Part shown: positions 24,784-34,203 of the stretch, piece after piece
Layout of the letters: every line of letters begins with the position of its first letter
How positions within the stretch are numbered: the stretch's first letter is position 1
DNA from: Halobacteria archaeon
GTDB lineage: Archaea; Halobacteriota; Syntropharchaeia; JACQPP01
DNA length: 64,000 nucleotides
Reading direction: 5' to 3'
Assembly (NCBI GenBank): GCA_038869515.1
Contig: JAWCQZ010000001.1
Location: 242,534 to 306,533 of the forward strand
Made by a program: the position numbers and the translations under genes
Notes under the pieces: model-generated
The model's input: the letters and a program-made list of their open reading frames with translations, nothing else
Databases searched by the model: none
Told to the model about the DNA's origin: nothing

Positions 24784-25578
24784 ATGGAGCGACTCCTCGG
24801 GCGCCACGCGGTTCTCGAAGCCCTTCGCGCCGGCCGCACCCTGGGCAAGGTCTACCTTGTCGAGGGGATCCGCCCGGCTCCCGAGGTGGAGGAGATTCTC
24901 CGGAGGTGCCGCTTGCACTCGGTTCCGGTCGTCCGGGTCGGCCGGCGCGCCCTCGACCGGATGGCGGGCTCCCTGCCCCACCAGGGGCTCCTCGCCCTGG
25001 CGGCGGCGCGCCCCCCCCTCGACCTGACCGGCCTCCTGGAGAGATCGGGCGCCGAGCCCTGCCTGGTCCTCCTCGACGGCCTGCAGAGCCCCCAGAACCT
25101 CGGAGCCATCCTCCGGAGCGCCGAGGCGGCGGGGGCCGCGGGGGTCGTCATCCCCGAGCGGCGGTCCGCGGGCCCCTCGGAGGGGGTCGCCCGCGCCTCA
25201 GCGGGGGCGGTGGAGCGGCTCCCGGTGGTCCGGGTGAGCAGCCTCCCCGCAGCCCTCCTCGCCCTCGACCGGAGGGGGTTCCGGGTGGTGGGCGCCGTCC
25301 CCACGGGCGGGACCCCCCACACCCGGGCTCGGCTGGCGGGCCCCCTCGCCCTGGTGATCGGCTCCGAGGCGCGCGGGCTCGGGGCCCTGGTGCGGGAGAG
25401 GTGCCATGAACTCGTCTCCATCCCGATGCGGGGGCGGGCCGCCAGCCTGAACGCGGCGGTTGCGGCCTCGGTTCTTCTCTTCGAACGGCTGCGCCAACTG
25501 TCGCCGCGGGGGGAGGGGGCGGAGCCCCCTCCCCCCGGCCCCCGGCTCGGCCCGCGACCTCCGCGTTTCGATGGGTGA
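24784..25578 (+). CDS. SpoU/TrmH-family RNA 2'-O-methyltransferase (RlmB-like)
   Basis: SPOUT motifs LVLLDGLQSPQNLGAILRSAEAAG, ALVIGSEARGL, ASLNAAVAASVLLFE. Confidence 0.8.
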   Translation: MERLLGRHAVLEALRAGRTLGKVYLVEGIRPAPEVEEILRRCRLHSVPVVRVGRRALDRMAGSLPHQGLLALAAARPPLDLTGLLERSGAEPCLVLLDGLQSPQNLGAILRSAEAAGAAGVVIPERRSAGPSEGVARASAGAVERLPVVRVSSLPAALLALDRRGFRVVGAVPTGGTPHTRARLAGPLALVIGSEARGLGALVRERCHELVSIPMRGRAASLNAAVAASVLLFERLRQLSPRGEGAEPPPPGPRLGPRPPRFDG

Positions 25579-25711
25579 GCGGGGCCGCGTCGGGGGGGTT
25601 CTCGCCCCGTCCCGCAGGCCCGCCCCCCGTGGCCGATCGGGCCCACCACTCTCTCCGAAAACTCTTCGTGGCGCTCCCCACTCCGGGCGCCAGGGCGATT
25701 TCGGCCGGCGC

Positions 25712-25810
25712 TCAATCGAGGTCCTCTTCGTCCTCGTCGTCCTCGTCCAGTTCGTCCTCGTCCAGTTCGTCCTCGTCCTCCTCGTCCTCGTCATATTTCC
25801 GGCCGTCCAT
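25712..25810 (-). repeat. imperfect GAC/GAG trinucleotide repeat tract (acidic mini-ORF MDGRKYDEDEEDEDELDEDELDEDDEDEEDLD on minus, poly-Ser on plus)
   Basis: gtcctc-type hexamer repeated about 12 times; 'gtccagttcgtcctc' duplicated. Confidence 0.5.
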
Positions 25811-25914
25811 GGGGGAGCAAAAAACCCGGGAGGGATAAAGGTTTAGGGGGGGTCGTGTCGGCGGGCCCTTGCGCGGGTCCGAAGGATTTAGACCCGGGAA
25901 CCGAACACGGTGGG

Positions 25915-26835
25915 ATGTCCGTGGAGAACCTCGTCGTCCTGGGCTCCGGCCCCGCCGGCCTCACCGCCGCCATCTACGCCTCCCGGGCGCGCCTCGCCCC
26001 CGTGGTCCTCGCGGGGACCCAGGCGGGGGGCCAGTTGATGCTCACCAGCGACGTGGAGAACTACCCCGGGTTCCCCGAGTCCATCCTCGGCCCGGAGCTG
26101 ATGGCGAGGATGCGGGCCCAGGCGGAGAGGTTCGGCTCGCGCATCCTCGACACCGAGGCCACCGCCGTGGACCTGCGCAAGAGCCCCTTCCGTGTCGAGA
26201 CCGGGGACGGGAAGTTCGACACGAAGGCCCTCATCGTGGCGACCGGGGCGAGCGCGAAGTGGCTCGGCGTCCCCGGCGAGGAGAATCTGAGGGGCCGGGG
26301 GGTCTCGTCGTGCGCCACCTGCGACGGCCCCTTCTTCAAGGAGAGGGCGCTGGTGGTGGTGGGCGGCGGCGACTCCGCGATGGAGGAGGCGCTCTTCTTG
26401 ACCAAGTTCGCGACCCGCGTCACCGTGGCCCATCGGCGCGAGGCGCTGCGGGCGAGCAAAATCATGCAGGAGAAGGCGGAGAGGAACCCGAAAATCACCT
26501 TCCGCTGGAACACCGTGGTGGAGGAGGTCCTCGGGGACGGGAAGGTGGAGGGGGTCCGCTTCAAGGAGCTGAAGAGCGGGAAAACGGAGACGTTCAAATG
26601 CGACGGCCTCTTCGTCGCCATCGGCCACCGGCCCAACACCGCGGTTTTCAAAGGAGCCATGGACCTGGACCCCCGGGGATACGTCGTGGTGAGGAACCAC
26701 ACCCGGACGAGCGTCGAGGGGGTCTTCGCGGCGGGGGACGTCCACGACCACCACTACCGGCAGGCGGTCACCGCGGCCGGGTTCGGGTGCATGGCGGCCC
26801 TGGACGCCGAGCGATGGCTGGAGTCGCAGGAGTGA
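25915..26835 (+). CDS. trxB: thioredoxin-disulfide reductase
   Basis: FAD motif VLGSGPAGLTAAIY, redox-active CATCDG, NADPH motif VVGGGDSAMEEA. Confidence 0.85.
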   Translation: MSVENLVVLGSGPAGLTAAIYASRARLAPVVLAGTQAGGQLMLTSDVENYPGFPESILGPELMARMRAQAERFGSRILDTEATAVDLRKSPFRVETGDGKFDTKALIVATGASAKWLGVPGEENLRGRGVSSCATCDGPFFKERALVVVGGGDSAMEEALFLTKFATRVTVAHRREALRASKIMQEKAERNPKITFRWNTVVEEVLGDGKVEGVRFKELKSGKTETFKCDGLFVAIGHRPNTAVFKGAMDLDPRGYVVVRNHTRTSVEGVFAAGDVHDHHYRQAVTAAGFGCMAALDAERWLESQE

Positions 26836-27206
26836 CGGCCACCTTGCTGTATGACGGCGCCTGCGGCCCCTGCTCGGCCTTTGCGAGATGGGTGAAGGCG
26901 GCCGACGTTCGGGGGCGCATCGAGGTGCGGCGGCTGGAGGAGCCGGAGATGGAGCGGCGCTACGGTAGGCGGCTCGGGGAGAGATACATGGAGTCTTTCC
27001 ACCTCGACACCGGGCGGGGGGTGGCGTCGGGGGCCGAGGCCCTGCCCGACCTCCTCGCCCTCTTCCCGGGCGGCCTCCTCTGGGGGCCGGCGGCCCGCCT
27101 GCCCCCCGTCCGGGGCGCTCTCGCCGCGGGATACCGGGCGATGAGCCGGCTCCGGGACCGGGCCGCGTGCGGCCGCGCCGCGGCGGGCCGCCCGGGAGCA
27201 TTTTAG
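26814..27206 (+). CDS. thiol-disulfide oxidoreductase DCC family (DUF393)
   Basis: LLYDGACGPCSAFARWV: DUF393 CxxC motif. Start ambiguous (ATG 26814 overlapping trxB, or GTG 26832 overlapping the trxB stop). Confidence 0.6.
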   Translation: MAGVAGVTATLLYDGACGPCSAFARWVKAADVRGRIEVRRLEEPEMERRYGRRLGERYMESFHLDTGRGVASGAEALPDLLALFPGGLLWGPAARLPPVRGALAAGYRAMSRLRDRAACGRAAAGRPGAF

Positions 27207-27228
27207 CCCCCTGCGGCCACAGCTCTCC

Positions 27229-28077
27229 ATGGGCGGCCGGAGAACCCTGCTCTTCCTGCTCCTCTTCGCCGGAACCTTTCTCCCGGCGGCCGCGGCCCTC
27301 TTCGACCGCTACGAGGTGCGGTTCGACATCGGCGCCGACGGGCGGGTGGCGGAGACCCTCCGGCTCGGCCTCCCGAACGCGACCGCGGAGGACGCCCTCA
27401 TCCCTCTCTCGGGCCTCCCGGCTCCCGACCTGGCGCTGACCAACAGCAGCGCCCAGCTGAAATCGGAGACCGGCCCCGGGGGCGTGCGGCGCGTCCTCCT
27501 CCCCCGCAACTCGACGGAGCTGGTCCTCTCCTTCACCGCCGCCGACCTCGTCTTCTCCCGGGGGGAGGAGTCGGTCTTCACCACCGTCCTCCGCCCCCCC
27601 GCGGGGGTCGGGTCGGTCCGGGTCGAGGTCCTCCTCCCCGAGGGGTTCGTCCTCACCCGGGAGAGCCTCTCGCCCCCCGACCCCGCCCGGGGCTCCGACG
27701 GACGGCGCATCACGCTGAACTGGTCGCTGCCGGGCAGCGGGTCGCTCGCGGTGGTGGTCCCGTTCGGCCCCCCGCGCTCCTCCGCGCCTCCCTGGGCCCT
27801 CTTCGGGGGCTTCGGGGCCGCCGCGGCTGCAGTCGTGGCCGCCCTCCACTACCGGACCCGCGCCTCCTCCGCGCGCCTGGAAGGCTACACCGAGGACCAG
27901 CAGAAGGCGATTCTCCTCCTCCGGGAGAAGAGGACCCTCGACCAGGACGACCTGCGCGATGCGCTCGGCTTCTCCAAGGCGAAGGCGACCCGGGTGGTCC
28001 AGGCGCTGGAGTCGAGGGGCCTCGTCGGGAAGGAGAAATCGGGGAAGACCAACCGGCTCACCTGGAAGGGCGGGTGA
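27229..28077 (+). CDS. membrane-tethered winged-helix (MarR/TrmB-like) transcriptional regulator with an extracytoplasmic domain
   Basis: Signal peptide/TM (MGGRRTLLFLLLFAGTFLPAAAALF), about 170-aa Ser/Pro-containing extracytoplasmic region, second TM (WALFGGFGAAAAAVVAAL), C-terminal wHTH (EDQQKAILLLREKRTLDQDDLRDALGFSKAKATRVVQALESRGLV). Confidence 0.55.
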   Translation: MGGRRTLLFLLLFAGTFLPAAAALFDRYEVRFDIGADGRVAETLRLGLPNATAEDALIPLSGLPAPDLALTNSSAQLKSETGPGGVRRVLLPRNSTELVLSFTAADLVFSRGEESVFTTVLRPPAGVGSVRVEVLLPEGFVLTRESLSPPDPARGSDGRRITLNWSLPGSGSLAVVVPFGPPRSSAPPWALFGGFGAAAAAVVAALHYRTRASSARLEGYTEDQQKAILLLREKRTLDQDDLRDALGFSKAKATRVVQALESRGLVGKEKSGKTNRLTWKGG

Positions 28078-28153
28078 GGCAACCCGCCTCCTCTTTCGCG
28101 AAGGTCGCCTTGGGATAACCTTTAAACGGCGCACTCACCTGAAGTGAGTCCCG

Positions 28154-29125
28154 ATGTCCCTCTGGAAACTCCGCGGCCGGATGTATCTCGCCGTATTCCT
28201 CCTCTTCTCCCTCCTTTTCGCGTTCTTCAGTGCCATCGGCTTCTTCGCCTTCCGGGGGACCTCCTTCGTCCTCTTCTCGTTTGTCCTCTCCGTCTCGATG
28301 ATTTTCCTCCAGTTCCTCCTCGGACCCCGCATCGTGGGGTGGTCCATGAAGGTGAAGTATGTCAACGAGTCCCAGGAGCCCCGCCTCCACGCCATGGTGG
28401 ACGAGCTCTCCCGCCAGGCGAACATCCCGAAGCCCCGGGTCGGGGTCTCGGAATTGCCCATCCCGAACGCGTTCGCCTTCGGCCGGTGGAGGTCCGACGG
28501 GCGCGTCTGCGTGACGCGGGAGTTGATGGCCCGGGTGGACGAGGCCGAACTCAAAGGAGTCTTGGGGCACGAGCTGTCCCACCTGAAGCACCGGGACGTG
28601 GTCTTCATGATGGTGCTCCAAGTCATTCCCATGGTCCTCTACCACATCTACCTCTCCCTTTTCTGGTCGAGCATGTTCGGAGGTCGGGACCGGAACACGG
28701 GCGCGGCCATGGCCGTCGCCATGCTGGCCTTCGCGGTCTACTTCGTCTCCAACCTCTTCGTCCTCTACGCCAACCGGCTCCGGGAGCTCTACGCCGACCA
28801 GGGGGCCATCCAGCTGACCGGTGAACGGGCGCCCCTGGCCAGCGCCCTCTACAAGATCGCCTACGGCTCCGCCCGCCACAAGCCCCAGGAGATCAAGTCG
28901 GTCGAGGGGTGCCGGGCGCTCTTCCTCGCCGACCCCGCGACCGCGCGCCGGGACGTCCTCGACTTCCGCGCCGCCGACATCAACCGGGACGGCAAGATTG
29001 ACGAGTTCGAGCTGGAGGCCTTCTCCCGGGAGCCCGGAAAGATGAGCCGCAGCGACCGCATGATGGAGCTCTTCACCACGCATCCGGCCCTGGTGCGGCG
29101 GATCCGGATTCTGGCCCAGTCCTAA
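28154..29125 (+). CDS. htpX: HtpX-like M48 zinc metalloprotease
   Basis: TM helices, HELSHLKH (HExxH) and a downstream Glu-containing helix. Confidence 0.8.
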   Translation: MSLWKLRGRMYLAVFLLFSLLFAFFSAIGFFAFRGTSFVLFSFVLSVSMIFLQFLLGPRIVGWSMKVKYVNESQEPRLHAMVDELSRQANIPKPRVGVSELPIPNAFAFGRWRSDGRVCVTRELMARVDEAELKGVLGHELSHLKHRDVVFMMVLQVIPMVLYHIYLSLFWSSMFGGRDRNTGAAMAVAMLAFAVYFVSNLFVLYANRLRELYADQGAIQLTGERAPLASALYKIAYGSARHKPQEIKSVEGCRALFLADPATARRDVLDFRAADINRDGKIDEFELEAFSREPGKMSRSDRMMELFTTHPALVRRIRILAQS

Positions 29126-29880
29126 GCGCGGGGCCGCCCCAGCATCCCGAACAGGGCGTCGTGGAGTTCCCGGCTCCGCGCCGCCACCAAATTGAACCCC
29201 TCCTCCCGCGCCCCGGGGTTGAACTCCTTTCCCTCCGAGTCGCTCACCACGCACCCCGCCTCCCGGGCGATGAGGAGCCCCGCCGCCACATCGAAGGAGC
29301 GGAGCAGCCCCCGCAGGTCCACCACGGCGTCGAAGGCCCCCCGGGCGAGGAGGCAGAGGTCGAGGGAGATTGCGCCCGGAGTCCGGACCAGGCACCCCTC
29401 CAGGAGGGGCTGGAGGTCCGGCAGGGGCCCCTTGGCCCCGTAGGCGTAGAGGGCGATGAGAGGCTTGGGCAGGCGCGGCCCCGACGCCCCCGGCCCAAGG
29501 GCGCGGCCGTCCCACGCCGCCCCCTTCCCCTTCCGGGCCCAGTAGAGCTCGCCCCGGGGGATTTCGAGGACCACCCCCTCCTCGACGCCGCCCAGGGTCT
29601 CCGGGCTCCCGTTGGGGACCCAGGCGAGCGAGGTCGCGTAGTAGGGGATGGCGCGGAGGAGGTTGTTGCTCCCGTCCACCGGGTCGTAGAGGAGGAGCCC
29701 CGACGGCGTCCCGCTCCCCACGGTCCGGCCCCCCCGCTCCTCCGAGAAGACCCTGGCGCAGAACCCGCGCCCCTTCAGGGCCGCCTCGAGCGCGTCCTCG
29801 GCCGCCTCGTCGTGGCGGATCGCCGTGAGGCGGACCCCGTCGGCGACCTCCCGGGCCACGGCGGTCCAGTCTATTGCCAT
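29122..29880 (-). CDS. suhB: inositol monophosphatase / archaeal FBPase-IMPase family
   Basis: LLYDPVDGSNN metal-binding motif and WDVAAG-like region (FDVAAGLLIAREAG). Internal ATG 29880 chosen. Confidence 0.75.
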   Translation of the reverse strand: MAIDWTAVAREVADGVRLTAIRHDEAAEDALEAALKGRGFCARVFSEERGGRTVGSGTPSGLLLYDPVDGSNNLLRAIPYYATSLAWVPNGSPETLGGVEEGVVLEIPRGELYWARKGKGAAWDGRALGPGASGPRLPKPLIALYAYGAKGPLPDLQPLLEGCLVRTPGAISLDLCLLARGAFDAVVDLRGLLRSFDVAAGLLIAREAGCVVSDSEGKEFNPGAREEGFNLVAARSRELHDALFGMLGRPRA

Positions 29881-30488
29881 CTCCGCCCCTTCAGAAACTT
29901 CGCGACGAGTTCCGCCCCCTCCTCCGGCGTGAGCCCCTCGGTCTCGACCACCACCTCGGGCCTCCGGGGGGCCTCGTAGGCCGCGGTGAGCCCCGGGACC
30001 GGAGCCCGTCCCCGGCGGGCCTTCCGGTAGATGCCGGTCCCCCGCCTCCCCTCCCGGGCCATGGCGACCTCCGGGGGGCACTTCACGTAGACCTCCGCGA
30101 AGCGGGGGACGAGCGAGCGCGCCAGATCGCGGTAGCGGCGCCGGTTGGCGGTGCCGTCCACGATGACGTTGCGCCCCTCGGAAGCGAGGAGGTGGGCCAT
30201 GGTGGCGAGGGCGGAGTAGGCGAGGTCGCGCTCCGCTTCGGAGTAGGTGGGTCGCGGCGTCACGACCCTCCGGATCTCGTCCATCGAGAGGACCCGGGCC
30301 CCGGTCCGGCGGGCGAGGGCGCGCGCCACGGAGGACTTGCCCGAGCCCGGGATGCCGGTGAGCCAGACGACCCAGCCCTGTCGCCGGGGGGGAGGGGCGG
30401 AGCCCCGGGGACGTCGCCCCCGAGACCCCCCCGTCCGCAGGCCCGCCCCCCCTCGCGGGGAGCGTGTTTTATTTCCAGGCACCGCCAT
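29871..30488 (-). CDS. P-loop kinase (adenylylsulfate kinase / AAA-kinase family)
   Basis: [19 protein letters not shown] Walker A. The N-terminal about 35 aa are Arg/Gly-rich; the true start may be internal. Confidence 0.55.
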   Translation of the reverse strand: MAVPGNKTRSPRGGAGLRTGGSRGRRPRGSAPPPRRQGWVVWLTGIPGSGKSSVARALARRTGARVLSMDEIRRVVTPRPTYSEAERDLAYSALATMAHLLASEGRNVIVDGTANRRRYRDLARSLVPRFAEVYVKCPPEVAMAREGRRGTGIYRKARRGRAPVPGLTAAYEAPRRPEVVVETEGLTPEEGAELVAKFLKGRRWQ

Positions 30489-30496
30489 CCCCCCCC

Positions 30497-30988
30497 ATGG
30501 CGCAGCAGGTCAAAGTCCTCGTCCCGGGCGGCAAGGCCTCCCCGGGTCCCCCCCTCGGGCCCACCCTGGGCCCCCTCGGGGTGAACATCAAGCAGGTGGT
30601 GGACACCATCAACAACAAGACCAAGGAGTTCGACGGCATGACGGTTCCGGTCATCCTCACCGTCAAGGACGACCGCTCCTTCACCATTGATGTGGGAACC
30701 CCCCCCGCCAGCGCCCTCATCCTGAAGGAGTTGGGCCTGGAGAAGGGCTCCAAGGAGGCGGGCAAGACGACGGTGGGGGACTTGAGCCTCGAGAAGGCGC
30801 TGGCGGTGGCGCGGAGGAAGGTGGACTCCATGCCGAGCCCCTCCCTCAAGGCAGCCGTGAGCCAGGTCGTCGGAACCTGCGTCTCCATGGGGGTCACGGT
30901 CGAGGGAAAGCCCCCCAGGGAGGTTCAGAAAGAGATTGCCGAGGGGAAACATGACGCGCTCTTTGCGAAAGGCGGGAAGGCGGGATAG
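30497..30988 (+). CDS. rpl11: ribosomal protein L11
   Basis: [56 protein letters not shown]: canonical L11 N-terminal domain. Confidence 0.85.
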   Translation: MAQQVKVLVPGGKASPGPPLGPTLGPLGVNIKQVVDTINNKTKEFDGMTVPVILTVKDDRSFTIDVGTPPASALILKELGLEKGSKEAGKTTVGDLSLEKALAVARRKVDSMPSPSLKAAVSQVVGTCVSMGVTVEGKPPREVQKEIAEGKHDALFAKGGKAG

Positions 30989-31013
30989 GGCTCCGCCTTT
31001 CGGGCGGCCAACG

Positions 31014-31586
31014 ATGATGGAGAGACCCTCGCGAAGGCGTCGCGCCCTTTCCTCGTCGAGGGGCAACTCCCGCCGGACGCCGGTCATCGCGGTCTGCGGT
31101 TCCGACGGGGACGACCGCGCCCTGACGCGGAGGACCCTCCGGTGGGCGGAGGAGGTCGGGAGCCTCCTGGCCCGGGAGGGGGCGGTCCTGGTGTGCGGCG
31201 GCAAAGGCGGCATCATGGAGGCGGCCTCCCGCGGGGCGCGGAACGGGGGCGGAATCGTGGTGGGGCTCCTGCCCCGCGGGCGGGAGGAGGCCAACCCCTA
31301 CGTCTCGATCCCGCTGGCGACCCACATCGGCCACGTCCGGAACTTCATGGTCGCCTCGATGGCCGACGTCGTCATCGGCATCGGGGGGCGCTGGGGAACC
31401 CTGAACGAGGTCTCCTATGCGCTGAACATCCAGAAGCCCGCCGTGGTCCTCAAGGGGAGCGGCGGGTGGGCCGACCTCCTGGCGCGCCACGGCAGGAAAT
31501 TCGACGGCCCGCCCCTCATCGCCCGCAACCCCGCCGAAGCGGTCTCCCTCGCCCTGAGGGCGGCCCGGGCCCGTCTCGGGGAGTGA
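31014..31586 (+). CDS. TIGR00725-family Rossmann-fold protein (LOG/DprA-like nucleotide-binding)
   Basis: VIAVCGSDGDD...VVCGGKGGIMEAASRGA...GIVVGLLP...SMADVVIGIGGRWGTLNE. Confidence 0.65.
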   Translation: MMERPSRRRRALSSSRGNSRRTPVIAVCGSDGDDRALTRRTLRWAEEVGSLLAREGAVLVCGGKGGIMEAASRGARNGGGIVVGLLPRGREEANPYVSIPLATHIGHVRNFMVASMADVVIGIGGRWGTLNEVSYALNIQKPAVVLKGSGGWADLLARHGRKFDGPPLIARNPAEAVSLALRAARARLGE

Positions 31587-32167
31587 CTCCCTCCTTTTTT
31601 CCGGATGACCGCGCGGTCGCCGAACTTCCCCTCCGCCTGGTGGCCTACGGCCTCCTCGCCGCCGCCTTCACCGCCGTCGCCCTGGTCGGCCTCTCCCACA
31701 CCGCGCCCGGGGCGGAGCGGGCCTCCCTGGAGCGCGGACTCAGCGGCCTCGCGGCGGCCCTCGAGGGGCTCCGCCACGGCGCCGCCCGGAACCCCCTCGA
31801 CCCCTCCTCCGCGGGGGCGGTCCGGAGCGTCGTGCTCGAGGTTCCCGACGGGGCGTGGCTCGCGCTCGGGGGGGACCCCGACCCCGACGGGGACGGTAGG
31901 TTGGAGAACGGGACCCCCGTCGCCTCCGAAGCGGCCGCGCTCTACCGCGTCGGCGGGGATGCCAAACGGCGCCTCCCCATCCCCCTCGGAATCCGGGAGG
32001 GCGTCCCGGGGCCGGGAGGATGGCTCCCCGCCTCCGAACCCCTCGTTCTGGGCCCGGGAAACCACCTCCTCGGACTTGAGGCCATCCTCGACCCGGCCTC
32101 CGGGGAGCGGGCGGCTCTCGTCCGGGCCGGCGACAACCTGACCCTGCCCTATCTGCGGCCGTCGTGA
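31583..32167 (+). CDS. hypothetical membrane-anchored protein
   Basis: GTG start overlapping the upstream stop (GTGA). N-terminal TM helix LRLVAYGLLAAAFTAVALVGL. The other reading frame is Pro/Ser/Arg junk. Confidence 0.4.
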   Translation: MTPSFFPDDRAVAELPLRLVAYGLLAAAFTAVALVGLSHTAPGAERASLERGLSGLAAALEGLRHGAARNPLDPSSAGAVRSVVLEVPDGAWLALGGDPDPDGDGRLENGTPVASEAAALYRVGGDAKRRLPIPLGIREGVPGPGGWLPASEPLVLGPGNHLLGLEAILDPASGERAALVRAGDNLTLPYLRPS

Positions 32168-32180
32168 AGGGGGACCCGGC

Positions 32181-32582
32181 TCAAATGAAGAGGAAGACCT
32201 CGGCCCCCTGGGCGCGGTCGAGGAAGGCGGCGGTCCCGAGGACCTCGTCCGCCACCTTTCGCGCCTCCGCCTCCGTGACCCCGAACAGTTTCATCGAGGT
32301 CGAGCAGGCGTAGACCGTGACCGGCCCGATCGACTTCGCGTCCTCCAGCATCTTCCGGAGGGGCGGGAGGCGCGCCTCCTTGCGCCCCCGCTCCAGCTCC
32401 TCGCGGCGGGCCGCCGCGTAGGCCGGGACATCCACCCGGTCGGCATCTTCCTTGGCCAGCCGCCGGAGGGCCCAGAAGGAGAGGAAGATGTGGACCTCGA
32501 ACCCCATCGCCGCCCCCGACGCGGCCAGCGCGACCGTCTGGTAGAGGTGGTCGTAGGTCCCGGAGTGGGCGAAGAGCGCCAT
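32181..32582 (-). CDS. DsrE/DsrF-like sulfur-relay family protein
   Basis: MALFAHSGTYDHLYQTVALAASGAAMGFEVHIFLSFWAL...VYACSTSMKLFG...AEVFLFI: DsrE-like fold signature. Start set at the internal ATG. Confidence 0.6.
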   Translation of the reverse strand: MALFAHSGTYDHLYQTVALAASGAAMGFEVHIFLSFWALRRLAKEDADRVDVPAYAAARREELERGRKEARLPPLRKMLEDAKSIGPVTVYACSTSMKLFGVTEAEARKVADEVLGTAAFLDRAQGAEVFLFI

Positions 32583-32738
32583 CTTGCGCGCGGGGTGGTC
32601 CACCGCCTCGCGGCTCCGGGTCACCTGGGCCGTCGCCATCGAGGGACTAGGGGGAGGAGGTCCCATCTTTAACTTGTTCCGAAGATGGAGCGAACGTCCG
32701 CTCCCGCTCTCCCTTCGAACCCTTCACCCCCGCCTCGG

Positions 32739-32978
32739 CTATGCCTTTTTGATCCAGAAGGTCAGGCGGTCCCCGTCGGCCCCCATCCCCAGGTAGTCGT
32801 TGCCCGTCCTGCGGCACCAGGCGGGCACATCCTCCTTCGCGGCGGGGTCGTCGGCCAGCAGTTCGACCACCTTCCCCCCCTCCACCTCGCGGACCCTCTC
32901 CGCCAGCATCACGATCGGCACAGGGCACATGTAGCCGAGCGCGTCCACGGTCTCGTCCGGTCTCGGGCGCGGCGCCAT
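32739..32978 (-). CDS. tusA: TusA-like sulfurtransferase
   Basis: DALGYMCPVPIVM CPxP motif; about 80 aa. Confidence 0.8.
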   Translation of the reverse strand: MAPRPRPDETVDALGYMCPVPIVMLAERVREVEGGKVVELLADDPAAKEDVPAWCRRTGNDYLGMGADGDRLTFWIKKA

Positions 32979-33010
32979 TCTTCATCCCTGGGAAGGGGCA
33001 GGGGAAAGGG

Positions 33011-33754
33011 ATGCCGCAGACCCTCCGGGCCGCCCTCCTCCAGACCCGCGTCCGCCCCTCTCTTGAATCGAACTTGGAGGCGGCGGCGGAGATGGCGGCC
33101 GGGGCGGCGCGCTCCGGCGCGGAGATTCTCCTCCTCCCCGAATACTTCTTCCGCCTCCCCTACGGCGAGCCCTGCGCCAAGTTCGCAACGGCGACGGAGG
33201 GTCCGGTGCGTCGTTTCTTCGAGCGGGTCTCGGCGGAGTCCGGGGCCCTCCTGGCGGGAAACGCCGTCTCCCGAGGCAGGAACCTCGGCCTCCTCTACCG
33301 GGACGGCGACCTCCTCGGCACCCAGCCCAAGGTCCACCCGACCCTCCTGGAGCGGAGGTGGGGCATCCGCCCAGGCCGCCGCCTCCGCCGCTGGAGGGCG
33401 GGAGGGGCCACCGCCGGGATGCTGGTCTGCGCCGACATCCTCCACCCCCGGACCGCCATGGGCCTCGCCGGGGCCGACCTCGTCCTGAACCCGGTGGTTT
33501 CTCGACGCCGGCCGCGGGACGACACCGGGGAGGCGCGGCGGGCGATGTATGTGGCCCGCGCCTTCGACCTCGGCTCCTTCGTCCTCAAGGCGGGCTCGGT
33601 CGCCCCCGGTTTCTGGGGGCGGAGCCTGGCTGCGGCGCCGTGGGGCACGGTCGCCTCCGCGGGGGACCAGGACCGGGAGGAGGCCCTCGTCGTGGAGCTC
33701 GACCTGGAGCGGCTCCGGAAGATTCGCAGGGAGTTGGAGAGGCTGCGCGGCTGA
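33011..33754 (+). CDS. carbon-nitrogen hydrolase (nitrilase superfamily)
   Basis: LRAALLQ..., EILLLPEYFF (Glu), catalytic Cys in AGMLVCADILHP. Confidence 0.75.
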   Translation: MPQTLRAALLQTRVRPSLESNLEAAAEMAAGAARSGAEILLLPEYFFRLPYGEPCAKFATATEGPVRRFFERVSAESGALLAGNAVSRGRNLGLLYRDGDLLGTQPKVHPTLLERRWGIRPGRRLRRWRAGGATAGMLVCADILHPRTAMGLAGADLVLNPVVSRRRPRDDTGEARRAMYVARAFDLGSFVLKAGSVAPGFWGRSLAAAPWGTVASAGDQDREEALVVELDLERLRKIRRELERLRG

Positions 33755-33756
33755 GG

Positions 33757-34197
33757 CTATCCCGGGAGGAGGGAGCGGAGCCCGGCCCAGGCGAGCTGCG
33801 CCCCGGCGGTGAGCGCGGCCGAGGCGACAGCGACGCCGAGCCCGGTCCAGAGGAGGAGAGGGCCGCGCGGGGCCCCGAGGGCGACCCCGAGGGCCGCCCC
33901 GAGGGGGGCGGTCGCGAGCAGGGGTGAGAGGAGGCCGACGCCCGCCACCCCGTACCTCTCCCAGATGCTCCGGAGCCGCCCGCGCCGCCCCTCGCCCTTG
34001 GAGGTCCGCCGCGCCTCCCACCGCCGGCGGACCCACCCCCCGGCCACCACGACCGCCGCGCTCCCCGCGAACGCCCCGGAGCCCGAGGCCGCCCCGACGA
34101 CCTGGGGCGGGAGTCCGAGGCCGAGCCCCGCCGGGACCGCCAGCCAGAGATCGAGAGCTCCGAGGGCGGCAATCAGGAGGAGGGTCCAGAGCTCCAT
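33757..34197 (-). CDS. small integral membrane protein
   Basis: Four predicted TM helices, Gly/Ala-rich. Confidence 0.45.
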   Translation of the reverse strand: MELWTLLLIAALGALDLWLAVPAGLGLGLPPQVVGAASGSGAFAGSAAVVVAGGWVRRRWEARRTSKGEGRRGRLRSIWERYGVAGVGLLSPLLATAPLGAALGVALGAPRGPLLLWTGLGVAVASAALTAGAQLAWAGLRSLLPG

Positions 34198-34203
34198 GGG
34201 CCC

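Noticed and set aside
25575-25838. Plus-strand ORF with a 30-residue poly-Ser run.
   Set aside because: It is the antisense reading of the GAC/GAG repeat tract; the low-complexity translation is an artefact of the repeat.
30380-30488. Arg/Gly-rich N-terminal 35 residues of the P-loop kinase ORF as possible non-coding sequence.
   Set aside because: Could not find an in-frame internal ATG, GTG or TTG before the Walker A motif, so the full ORF was retained with reduced confidence rather than truncated.
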